The notes under the pieces are model-generated. The model was not told the DNA's origin. It did not search any database and saw only the letters and a list, made by a program, of their open reading frames with translations. DNA of 64,000 nucleotides, from positions 124,001 to 188,000 of the forward strand of contig OW569360.1 in the NCBI GenBank assembly GCA_937625935.1. Reading direction: 5' to 3'. The translations under genes were made by a program, and so were the position numbers. The DNA is from Tetramitus jugosus (Eukaryota > Protista > Heterolobosea). Below are positions 43,570-53,533 of this stretch, in pieces (position 1 is the stretch's first letter; each line of letters opens with the position of its first letter).

Positions 43570-44868
43570 CTATCCCTTTGCTACATGCTTCTTCTTAGTC
43601 ATTCTATGACTCTTGAGTCTCCTTGGTTGCTGTTCAACTACATTGTCCCCCAACGCATTGTAATCTGCTTCACCCGAAGGATAGTAGATTGTGCTGGAGT
43701 ATGGGGCGTAACCACTCGATGGATACCAAGAACTAGATGGATAGTATGAGCTTGAAGGATACCACGAACTGGAAGGATACCAGCTGCTTGAAGGATAATA
43801 GCTGCTTGATGGATACCACGAGCTGGATGGATACCAAGAGCTAGAAGGATACCATGAGCTGGATGGGTACCACGAGCTGGAAGGATACCAACTACTGGAA
43901 GGATAATAGCTGCTTGATGGATACCACGAGCTGGATGGATACCATGAACTTGATGGATAATATGAGCTGGAAGGATACCAAGAGCTAGATGGATAATATG
44001 AGCTGGATGGATACCATGAACTAGAAGGATACCATGAGCTGGATGGATACCACGAACTAGATGGATAGTATGAGCTTGAAGGATGCCACGAACTGGAAGG
44101 ATACCAGCTGCTTGAAGGATACCATGAACTAGAAGGATACCATGAGCTAGATGGATACCACGAACTAGAAGGATAATATGAACTCGATGGATACCAGCTG
44201 CTTGAAGGATACCAACTACTGGAAGGATAATAGCTGCTTGATGGGTACCATGAACTCGATGGATACCAACTACTGGATGGATACCAAGAGCTAGATGGAT
44301 ACCATGAACTAGAAGGATACCAAGAACTCGATGGGTACCAACTGCTTGATGGATATCCTGAGCTACGACAGCCCTCACATCTGCAGTCAGGACCATGTCT
44401 CAAAGAGTCGTAGTGGTAGTCCCAATGACCCTGCTCTTCAGCTAATGGCTTTTGCACAGAAAAGTGGCTCTTGCACTTGCTGACACAAGCAGAAATGAAA
44501 TCATTCTTCTTGAAACATTGATTCACACATTGCTTAAACTGTTGAACAAGAGGTGAAACTCTCAATTCATCTGTCATCACTCTTCTCTTCTTCTGATAGT
44601 TTGGCTTATTAACACGAGGGAGTTCATCCTTCATCATAGGACGGGCAATAGGAGCTACAAGTCTCTTCTTTGGAATTTGTTCCTTCAACTCAAAGAGACA
44701 TCTCTTGATGCAGGTGCTCTCTTTTTGAACACAATTCTTGAGGCATTTCTTGTAGAAAGTCAAGGAGTCGATCGGTGTTGACTTGGAAACCTTTGCAGAC
44801 ACCAGTGAGGATGCAAAAAACAAAAGGGTAACACACAATACCCAAAGCAGCTGTGTATTAGCTCTCAT
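43570..44868 (-). CDS. Secreted Cys-motif protein with 36 tandem (W/Y)YPSSS hexapeptides
   Basis: Signal peptide from ATG 44868 (MRANTQLLWVLCVTLLFFASSLVSA), two CX3C...CX3C motifs, HGPDCRCEGC, then the repeat array. Confidence 0.85.
   Translation of the reverse strand: MRANTQLLWVLCVTLLFFASSLVSAKVSKSTPIDSLTFYKKCLKNCVQKESTCIKRCLFELKEQIPKKRLVAPIARPMMKDELPRVNKPNYQKKRRVMTDELRVSPLVQQFKQCVNQCFKKNDFISACVSKCKSHFSVQKPLAEEQGHWDYHYDSLRHGPDCRCEGCRSSGYPSSSWYPSSSWYPSSSWYPSSSWYPSSSWYPSSSWYPSSSYYPSSSWYPSSSWYPSSSYYPSSSWYPSSSWYPSSSWYPSSSWYPSSSWHPSSSYYPSSSWYPSSSWYPSSSWYPSSSYYPSSSWYPSSSYYPSSSWYPSSSWYPSSSYYPSSSWYPSSSWYPSSSWYPSSSWYPSSSWYPSSSYYPSSSWYPSSSWYPSSSYYPSSSWYPSSGYAPYSSTIYYPSGEADYNALGDNVVEQQPRRLKSHRMTKKKHVAKG
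43711..44358 (-). repeat. Coding tandem array, 36 x 18 nt
   Basis: 648 nt of units such as TGG TAC CCA TCG AGT TCT and TGG TAT CCT TCT AGT TCA. Confidence 0.97.
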
Positions 44869-45233
44869 AACGCGCAATATTATCTTTGTACTTTTTTTTG
44901 TGATGTCTGGAGGTTTCTGTTGGCGGTTGAAGGATGTAATTGTGCTCGAACAATTGAAAGGAACTCCAGGCATCAGCAGAAAAGTGAGTTGATAAATTCC
45001 GCTGAAAATCAACCACAAAGAGCAGGTTCTCAGCAACTGAGTAAACTTTCTCAGATATGCACTTGGGAATGAGCTGTCTTTTGGGCTCTACAAGATAAAA
45101 GAGATATCGGTTGCCATTCGCCGCAATTCGGATAAATCGAATTTTGTTTTATTTTTCCGCGTGCGGGTCGGAAAAAAAGGGCCCTGCAAAAGATACTCAA
45201 GCCAACCAAAATCACAACAAAACAACAAATACG

Positions 45234-46659
45234 ATGATTAGGAAACTCTCTCAACAATCCTTGTCTGCTGTTTCAAAGGCTGCAATCCAAAGAGTAAGTA
45301 CTCTATTCACGATGCTCGATCTTCATTACCACAAAAAAACAACAAGCCCATCGTTTGATCAAAAACTAACGTTTTTTTTGGTTTTGATTACTTTTTTTTT
45401 CACCAACATCTAAACAGAACGCCGCAGCAGCTGTCTCTCGCTCCATTGCCACCACCTCTGTTACACCAGTCAGAGCCATTCACCTCAACAAGCAACATGT
45501 GAACAGAGCTGTGATCAAGAGCAACATTGTTCAAAATCAACAACAAATCATGTTCAAGAGAAATTACTCAACAGGTGCACCAGAAGAAGTTGTCAAGGTT
45601 CCAGAGTTGGGTGACTCCATCACTGAAGGTACCATTGAAGAATGGGTCAAGAATGTGGGTGATTTTTGTGAGATGGACGAAGTTGTTGTCAAGATTGCCA
45701 CTGACAAGGTCACTGCTGATATCAGAGCACCAGTCAACTGCACACTTACTCAACAATTCACCAAGGTTGGTGACAATTGTGGTGTAGGTGCTCCATTGTA
45801 CGCTTACAAGGCTGGTGGTGAAGCAAAGGCAAAGCCTGCCGCTGCTGCTGAACCAGCAAAGAAGGCTGAAGCTCCAAAGCCTGCCGCTGCTGCTGAAGCA
45901 CCAAAGAAGGAAGCACCAAAGGCTGCACCAAAGCCATCTGCTCCTGCAAAGCCAACTGGTGAGAGAACAGAGACTAGAGTCAAGATGCCAATGATTAGAC
46001 AACGTATTGCCACTCGTCTCAAGGAGAGTCAAAACACCTATGCCATGTTGACCACATTCAACGAAGTTGACATGTCTGCTTTGATCAGCTTGAGACAAAA
46101 GTATCAAGATGAGTTCCAAGAGCAACACGGAATCAAGTTGGGCTTCATGAGTCCATTTGTCAAGGCATCTGCTCTCGCTCTTGAAAAGTACCCAGTTGTC
46201 AATGCCGTCATTGAAGGAAACGAGATTGTGTACCGTGATTTTGTCGATATCAGTGTTGCTGTTGCTACACCAACCGGTTTGGTTGTTCCAGTCATGAGAA
46301 ACTGTGAAAGCAAGAGCTTTGCCGATATTGAGAAGAACATTTACCAGTTGGGACAAAAGGCAAGAACCAACTCTATCACCATTGATGAAATGAAGGGTGG
46401 TACATTCACCATCTCTAACGGTGGAGTGTTCGGATCCTTGATGGGCACCCCAATTATCAACCCTCCTCAAAGCGCCATTTTGGGCATGCATGCCACCAAC
46501 AAGAGACCTGTTGTTGTCAATGACCAAATTGTCATCCGACCAATGATGTACTTGGCTTTGACTTATGACCACAGAATAATTGATGGTAGAGAGGCTGTCT
46601 CCTTCTTGAAGACTATTAAGGAGTTGATTGAAGATCCACAAAAGATGCTTCTTTTGTAA
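45234..46659 (+). CDS. DLST: 2-oxoglutarate dehydrogenase E2, dihydrolipoamide succinyltransferase (exons 45234-45293, 45418-46659)
   Basis: Presequence, lipoyl domain (ATDKVT), [37 protein letters not shown]. Intron GTAAGT...CTAAC...CAG. Confidence 0.97.
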
Positions 46660-46735
46660 ATGAATAAAAGAAAAGATAGATATTTTAATGTACTTTGGAA
46701 TGCTTGATCCTGATGGATTGTCGAAGATGACACCT

Positions 46736-47310
46736 CTATTCATCTTGCATCATCGTCTCCGAGTTTTCATTCTCCTCGCTCAAGCCTTGAAAGATTGGTA
46801 ATTGCTGAAACGATGATGTCAATTGACTATTCATAAAGAGTAAAAAGAATCACAAGAGCAATGTTAGCTCACAAGAACAAGAAAAAAACCTGGGAGCATT
46901 GCAACAAAAAGAAAAAGACAATAGATCCAAAAACAAAAAACTTTGCAAGCTGGAATGTATTCATTCAATTGTGAAGATACATACGTTTTTTCTAGGTAAG
47001 CCTTCTGCAATTGCTCATACCGTTCTTGTTGTTGCTCTCTGGTCATATCTGTTCCTGGCAACTCATCCAACACTTCCAAGCTCTGTCTCATCTCTTCATT
47101 CAACTTTGTGAGACGAACATAGATGGTTTGCTTGTAATCCGTGCCAGAGTAATTGGCACTGTCTTGCACACGAGAAATGATATCACTCATGATGGGCAAA
47201 AAGTTAAAGTTTGTGTGTTTGATTGATGTGGTGGTGCTCGCGGTATCCTCATCATCGAGCTGTCCATGTTCATTGTCTTGAGGTGGTGCTACCGTTGTTT
47301 CATCCTCCAT
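46736..47310 (-). CDS. MED9: Mediator subunit 9 (exons 47310-46985, 46826-46736)
   Basis: FLPIMSDII...LDELPGTDMTREQQQERYEQL...KTQLTSSFQQLPIF after removing intron 46827-46984 (GTATGT...ATAG). Confidence 0.75.
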
Positions 47311-47611
47311 TTTTTTTGTGGTTTTGTTTGAGAGAGCTCATTCAAACAATTTTCTGTTTCCAGAGGTTGGGGGAACGGCGATAAAATCGCATGAAAAGCG
47401 AATCCATAGATGACGATGATGCATCCAATCTAATCCCCAAAAAGTCAACCCACAATCAAACTTATGGGCGACATACCGCTTAGAATTTTTCGCGTTCTTC
47501 CAACTGTCGTGAAATTGAAGTCCCTTGTTCCCAGTAAGTTGATCCATCTTGTGCCAAGGGGGAAGTGTTTGTTGAATTATCCTAACAAACGAAAGATTTC
47601 TCTGCTCCTCC

Positions 47612-50600
47612 ATGTTCTGTGAATCCAAGATGATGAGGAACAACAAGAGACAGGAAATGTCTTTCTCTTTGCTGATGACCATGGTAGGTTGTCTTTTGCT
47701 GGTTCTCACATGGCCACCGTTGCACATTGGCCAGCACTCGTTGGTTTCTTGCTCCTCCACCGATTCGTGGGAGTTGTTTACACCAATAACCAATGTGACA
47801 ACTGCGTACAACTCGAGCAACAGAGAGGGTGTTTTAGCGAGTGCAACATTGGGCAATTATACATACTTTGTGGGCTACTTGGACTATACAAATCGTTCCG
47901 TCATTGGTGGACAAAGCTTTAATAATCAGTCAGCTCCAACATTCTTGGGTAAAATGGACACAACAACTGGCAATGTCATCAAAATTGTACAGATTGGTAT
48001 CTCGGGAAACAACACCTATGCCTTTTCAAATATTTATCTAAATCAGAGCACTATCTATGTCTCTGTGTCTGTTTACTGCAATAACAGTGGTAATTCCACA
48101 TGTGGTTTCATGGTTGGTAATACAAGATTAGAAAATGTAACCTTTCATTCAGGTTATGTATTCGTTGGACAATTTAACACTCAATTAGATTTTATTGGTT
48201 ACAATGGTTTGGAGAATGTAGGTGGCAGTTTGTATAGTTATGGTCTAGTGAGTTCCATCTCTTCAGATCATGTCTATCTTTTGGTGTCTTACAGATGCCC
48301 GAGTACACTTAATGCAACCATTGCTCATCGTACCATGAACTGTACAGGAGTAACTCAAACAGCTCTCATCGTTCTCCAATCTCTGGTTGTGGATAGAATC
48401 GATAATTATGTAGCAACTACTGGATTTTGTAAACCAGGTGGGTTAGCAATTGATACAAATTCTGGAAGTGTGTACCTGAGCATTACAGCTACAGGAACGG
48501 ATAAATTCTTGCGAAATGGCCAAGAACTAGAAGCACCTGGTTATTCGATGAGTTCACTTTTGTTTATAGAGAGTGTGAATCAATTGGGATCGCTAGGATC
48601 CGTTAGTTTCATAAGGAATCAGTCGACTGTTTATATTACCTCATTAGTAATGGGGAAGACAGGGTATTATATAGCTGGTACATTTACTGGCTCTGCACCA
48701 TTTGATTCAGGGATTCCTTCTGTTGTGACTTCTGGAGCCTTTGTTTCATATTTTACATCTTGGAACATAATGTGGACGAGGGTCATAAATGTTACGATAC
48801 CGTCCTCCGATATGCCTACAGTTATCCAAGGGAGTGGAACTGATGAGGGTGTTTTTGTTTCAGTTACAACTACATCTCAACAATTAGTTGTTTGTCATCT
48901 CGATGGCACCTTAATTTATTCTGGCATTGGTTCTGGAAAAAACAATTCCTGGACAGTGTTCTTCACCGATTCAGGTGACGTGACGCGTGACAATATTTTT
49001 TCTGGAGGCCAGGGACAAGCGTTTAGAAGTCTTTCTTCGATGGAGAATTCAGTACTGATTTCTGGAACGTACTCTAATCCAGGTAACTACAGTGGACGGG
49101 GAGCATTTATTGGAAAGTGGAGCTACACTCCAATATGCACTGGAGGATGCAAAAACGGAACTTGTGTGAGAGACAACTATTGTAGCTGCTTTAGTGGCTA
49201 TAGCGGCAATGACTGCTCACAGTTTGGTTGCTATGGTATATCATATGGAGATGCTATTGTGTGTTCAGGGCATGGTCAATGTACTAGCCCAGATAAGTGT
49301 ACATGCAATGCTGGTTATTCTGGTTTACAATGCGCAATTGTACTGGATCCTTTTAATATTACAGTATCAAGTAACGGCAGTGATATTTCCTGTATGATAC
49401 CACACTACTATCCAGAGTTCATACCAGGTATTATTGTGTCAAATTTTACTTGGCTATTCATACAGGATGGAACTACTTCTGAGCAAGTTACAAGTGCATC
49501 CGTACCTCAGGAATATTCACCCACCCCCTTGAAGATACACAATGGTGGCTACTCTATCAGAGGCGAGTTGTTTTATCAACTATCTGGAGTGACTATGTTC
49601 CGTAATGTTTCTGTATTTGGTTCAGCATATTGTACAATTTGTTCCTCAGTTAGTGCTTCTAATTGTAGATATAGCCTCACTTTGAGTAACGGCATTACTA
49701 ATGGTTCTATGACTTTGATTAATCGAATGAAAAGTTATGAAGTGGCCGTAATCAATCAGGATTTCTCCACCAACAGTGCGATTACAGGTTTACAGTTAGA
49801 GTGGATTAGCTCAATCAATTCACGCGAGATGAATATCTTAGTAACATCTTCAAATACTTCTAGCTCCTTCATTATATCTCCACTCGATTCCATGGGAATG
49901 AATCCCGTTGATATCAATATTACACTACGATTGAAGATTCCTTACTTGGAGTGGCAAGTGATATCTTTCAAGTTGAAAGTTCTTGCTTCGAAAGATATCA
50001 CACCAACCGGAAGCACTCCTTTAATCATCACACCACAGGAGGGCTACAGTCTGAAAGATAATTTTAAAATTCAGGCCACGAATTGGATCGGTAGTGGATT
50101 GATGTATTCCTTTTCCTACCGAGATCTCTTTACCGGAGAGTATGTGAGACTTGGTGAATCAACATCTCCATTGATCACTACGGTTCTTCCTCCGGGAAAC
50201 CTCACCAATTCGGGTTTATCGATTCGGGTAACTGTCTTGAATCCAGAAAATGGCGACTTTGGGTCAGCTGAAATTCAGATCATAGTTAAGCCATCTTTCG
50301 TCGCTGGCCTCTTATCACAGAAGTTGGAGGAGTCGATTGAAACTGGTAATTATACAACAACACTAACCATAGCAAGTCAAATTCGAGGAGCAACTGTACA
50401 AGAAGTTGATGCTAACTTGAGTGAGTTTAAAGCAGTTATTCGCAAAATTCTAGAATATACAGCCACAAGAGTTGTACCAGATTCTGTATCGATTGAGCAG
50501 CAACTCCTTGTAGTCGATATGATTACCAAGAATAGTAATATCGTATCAAATCAAGATAAGGGAACAGCTCTCAATATTTCTCTCAATATCATTGATCTGG

Positions 50601-52732
50601 ATCTGAAAAACACATCCATCTCGTTTGTGTCAAGCGGTGGGTATCAAAAGGTTACTAATATTATTTCGAATGTAGCTATCGATGGATTTACGAACAAGAC
50701 CGTAGCACAACAAGCTGTACAAGCTGGAGAAAACTTGGCCAAATTAGTTGCATCTAAATTATTTGTAGGTGAGGCTCCAGCCACTTTTATTGCTCCTAAT
50801 TTCAAAGTTACTGTGATCGTTGATCAGATATTGAGTATTGCTAATAAGACAGTTCAAACGAATGGCAGTACGGTTGATTCTTTTTATATTCCATATCAAT
50901 TTGCAACCGACATGAGTGGAAATGCTGTGTCATCCTCAATTTTGGTTTTCCAAGATAATCCCTATGAGATACAAACAAGTGGCTCTTCTTCAAGTGTATC
51001 GAGTCCTGTAATCGATATCAAATTTAACCACCTTGATGGTTCTTTGCTTGCCGTAGCCAATCTGACTCAGCCTCTACTCATCTATTTCAATAGAAGCAAA
51101 GCCAAACAACAAGGTGCTTGTCCAGATGCCACGTTCCAATGTCGATATTGGAGCGAGTTGGAACATAAATGGAAAACAGATGGATGTCACTGGATAGACA
51201 ATGAGAATGAAGACTACATATCGTGTGCCTGCGACCATACGACCAGTTTTTCAGCTTTCGTACTCGAGAAGGGTGATTCTTGTGTCACTTATGCAGGTAT
51301 CAAGGTGACGGATATTGTCTTCAACTCCATGTATCTTATCACATGCGTACCTATTTTGATTGGATTATTCATAACAAGCAAACAACAACCAATGAGATCC
51401 AGATTCATCGCGCCTTTCCTCGGTATCGGCGCAATCCTTGTCGATAGTGTCCTTCAGGGATTGATTCGTAATTCACTATCATTGGCGCGAAAGCAAAATG
51501 CGTCAGATGCATTCTCATATATCATCATGCTGACTGCCAATCCATTGTTCGTGACGGCATTGTTTGTATTCTTATGGCAACAAGTCAGGTTTCTATTGAT
51601 GCAAAACATTTATTATTTAATGCCATCCACGAGCAATTCATTTCAAAAGAAATTCATTCGTTTGAACCGAGTACTGGCATCTAAGGCCTTATTTCTTATC
51701 ATAACTCTCTGTGTTGGATCATTTGTTCTTGCTTGCTTCGCTGTTCTTGTTGGCTTAGCTGCCCACTACAACGATACAGGAGCTATGGAGAAAAGGAATA
51801 CAGTTGTAATTGTTCAGGCAGTTTTATTTGCCTCGATGTTGATTATAGTATCATTGGGAATACTATTTACTCTTGCTGTTGACATTGTATACTCAGTCAA
51901 ACAAGAGTCTGTCTCGAAGAAAACCTTAGAAGATCATGCAAGCGAGCATAATCAGCAAGTACATGTGAAGAAGACAAAAGGACTCGGTCTTATTAAGAAA
52001 CACTTTGTCAACGATCCATTGTTATTCAGAATGGAAGGGATCATGATCTTGGTCACTGTATTGATAATTATTGTACTCTATTCGATTGGTATTGCAACCA
52101 TTATCCAGAAATCCAGAGCAAAGTCGCCAATTATGATTGTTCGAACGGTGATTGAGATTATATTAATGTTCACAAGGATACTCGCATTTGGAGGATACAT
52201 CCTTCTTGCCAGTACCAAGAATATGATCAGAGAAAGACAGTTGAGCTCACAGTACGAACAATTGTCTTCTGCATCACTGTCTAAAGAAACCATTCAGGAC
52301 CAAAAGGTGCTTGATATTCTGAGACATGTTTATGGTTATCAACTTATATACGACTTCTGTAGAAAGGAATTCTCTCTCGAAAATCTCTTGTTGTGGAGAG
52401 AACTAGAAACAATCCGTTCCAGAAATCTACTGATGACCACAGAGGAGAGACGAAAAGCTCTCAGAGAGATTCAAGAGCTATACATTGATAACAACAGTGA
52501 AAGGCAATTGAATATCTCCAATCAACAAAGAAAAGTGTTCCTGCGAGTTTCAAAGATGTCTGAACCTTCGGCAGCAGATGCTGAAGAAGCATTTGTCAAG
52601 CTGTATGGTGCTTGCATGATGAACATTACAGACACTCTGACTAGACTCAGCAGCACTGAAGCCTATCATACTTATGAACTGGCAAGAGAAACTTCCAACG
52701 AGCTGAAGGATGATTTTATCAGCGCACATTAA
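47612..52732 (+). CDS. Adhesion-type receptor: signal peptide, beta-rich ectodomain, EGF repeats, REJ/PKD-like, GAIN/GPS, 7TM, RGS
   Basis: EGF CSGHGQCTSPDKCTCNAGYSG. GPS CRYWSE..WKTDGC...CACDHTTSFSAF. Seven hydrophobic segments. RGS FCRKEFSLENLLLW...YIDNNSERQLNIS. Confidence 0.9.
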   Translation: MFCESKMMRNNKRQEMSFSLLMTMVGCLLLVLTWPPLHIGQHSLVSCSSTDSWELFTPITNVTTAYNSSNREGVLASATLGNYTYFVGYLDYTNRSVIGGQSFNNQSAPTFLGKMDTTTGNVIKIVQIGISGNNTYAFSNIYLNQSTIYVSVSVYCNNSGNSTCGFMVGNTRLENVTFHSGYVFVGQFNTQLDFIGYNGLENVGGSLYSYGLVSSISSDHVYLLVSYRCPSTLNATIAHRTMNCTGVTQTALIVLQSLVVDRIDNYVATTGFCKPGGLAIDTNSGSVYLSITATGTDKFLRNGQELEAPGYSMSSLLFIESVNQLGSLGSVSFIRNQSTVYITSLVMGKTGYYIAGTFTGSAPFDSGIPSVVTSGAFVSYFTSWNIMWTRVINVTIPSSDMPTVIQGSGTDEGVFVSVTTTSQQLVVCHLDGTLIYSGIGSGKNNSWTVFFTDSGDVTRDNIFSGGQGQAFRSLSSMENSVLISGTYSNPGNYSGRGAFIGKWSYTPICTGGCKNGTCVRDNYCSCFSGYSGNDCSQFGCYGISYGDAIVCSGHGQCTSPDKCTCNAGYSGLQCAIVLDPFNITVSSNGSDISCMIPHYYPEFIPGIIVSNFTWLFIQDGTTSEQVTSASVPQEYSPTPLKIHNGGYSIRGELFYQLSGVTMFRNVSVFGSAYCTICSSVSASNCRYSLTLSNGITNGSMTLINRMKSYEVAVINQDFSTNSAITGLQLEWISSINSREMNILVTSSNTSSSFIISPLDSMGMNPVDINITLRLKIPYLEWQVISFKLKVLASKDITPTGSTPLIITPQEGYSLKDNFKIQATNWIGSGLMYSFSYRDLFTGEYVRLGESTSPLITTVLPPGNLTNSGLSIRVTVLNPENGDFGSAEIQIIVKPSFVAGLLSQKLEESIETGNYTTTLTIASQIRGATVQEVDANLSEFKAVIRKILEYTATRVVPDSVSIEQQLLVVDMITKNSNIVSNQDKGTALNISLNIIDLDLKNTSISFVSSGGYQKVTNIISNVAIDGFTNKTVAQQAVQAGENLAKLVASKLFVGEAPATFIAPNFKVTVIVDQILSIANKTVQTNGSTVDSFYIPYQFATDMSGNAVSSSILVFQDNPYEIQTSGSSSSVSSPVIDIKFNHLDGSLLAVANLTQPLLIYFNRSKAKQQGACPDATFQCRYWSELEHKWKTDGCHWIDNENEDYISCACDHTTSFSAFVLEKGDSCVTYAGIKVTDIVFNSMYLITCVPILIGLFITSKQQPMRSRFIAPFLGIGAILVDSVLQGLIRNSLSLARKQNASDAFSYIIMLTANPLFVTALFVFLWQQVRFLLMQNIYYLMPSTSNSFQKKFIRLNRVLASKALFLIITLCVGSFVLACFAVLVGLAAHYNDTGAMEKRNTVVIVQAVLFASMLIIVSLGILFTLAVDIVYSVKQESVSKKTLEDHASEHNQQVHVKKTKGLGLIKKHFVNDPLLFRMEGIMILVTVLIIIVLYSIGIATIIQKSRAKSPIMIVRTVIEIILMFTRILAFGGYILLASTKNMIRERQLSSQYEQLSSASLSKETIQDQKVLDILRHVYGYQLIYDFCRKEFSLENLLLWRELETIRSRNLLMTTEERRKALREIQELYIDNNSERQLNISNQQRKVFLRVSKMSEPSAADAEEAFVKLYGACMMNITDTLTRLSSTEAYHTYELARETSNELKDDFISAH

Positions 52733-52802
52733 GACTCGACCGAAAAGGAGCGGAATATCTTGCTGACTTGCAGAAGGAGACAAAATAATAAAAAAAACAA
52801 AC

Positions 52803-53495
52803 ATGATTGGTCAATTGATCTCTCTCGGCGTTGATGTGGCCATGGTGTTTGGTCCAGTGATCGGATATGTGGATCAGTACAGGATGATCCATCAAGAGAA
52901 GACCAGTGAAGCTTTCAGTAAGCTCATTTCACTCATTCTCATGCTGTCCAACGTGTTGAGAGTGTTCTTTTGGTTTGGAGCAAAGTTTGACACTGTTTTG
53001 CTGTTGCAGAGCTTTGTCATGATACTGGCACAGTTTGTGATGCTTCACATTTGTTGCAAGCATCCATCTAGCAGTCAAAAGAGAGCCAATTCACTCGTAC
53101 AACGATTTTCGTTGAGTGATTTTTGGAATTGGCCCGATATGGCGTCCTACATTGCATTTATTGGTGTGTTTGCAGGTGTTGTTGGTCTCCTGAGTGGCAT
53201 TATGATTCCAAAGAGCAACTTGTATGTTGAATTGTTGGGATTTGCTGCACTCATGATTGAAGCAACTCTTGGTCTGCCTCAATTGATTCAAAATTATAAG
53301 AAGCAGAACACTGAGGGCTTTTCCATGGTTTTGTTGGGTTCATTCTTCCTTGGTGATGCATTCAAGACCATTACTTTTATCGTGAGAGGAAATCCATTGC
53401 AATTTATTGCTTGTGGTACATTCCAACTGTTGGTTGACTGCGCGTTGCTCTATCAAGTGCTAACTTATTCAAGCGGCAAGAAGAACAGGCCATAA
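52803..53495 (+). CDS. PQ-loop repeat membrane protein (PQLC1/SLC66A2-like)
   Basis: GYVDQY..I, LRVFFWFG, FWNWPD, EATLGLPQLIQNY, FLGDAFKT. Confidence 0.88.
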   Translation: MIGQLISLGVDVAMVFGPVIGYVDQYRMIHQEKTSEAFSKLISLILMLSNVLRVFFWFGAKFDTVLLLQSFVMILAQFVMLHICCKHPSSSQKRANSLVQRFSLSDFWNWPDMASYIAFIGVFAGVVGLLSGIMIPKSNLYVELLGFAALMIEATLGLPQLIQNYKKQNTEGFSMVLLGSFFLGDAFKTITFIVRGNPLQFIACGTFQLLVDCALLYQVLTYSSGKKNRP

Positions 53496-53533
53496 ATACT
53501 TTTTATGAAAGGACAACTATTGAACTATTGAAT

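Noticed and set aside
43711-44358. Array considered as CRISPR or RNA polymerase II CTD
   Set aside because: There are no unique spacers or cas genes. The unit is a hexapeptide in a signal-peptide protein, not YSPTSPS.
43638-44396. 252-aa alternative-frame ORF (GIH/GIL repeats)
   Set aside because: By-product of the 18-nt array. Variation is synonymous only in the WYPSSS frame.
45568-46743. 391-aa antisense ORF over DLST
   Set aside because: It mirrors a highly expressed gene codon for codon. Codon bias removes antisense stops, and the product has no protein-like motifs.
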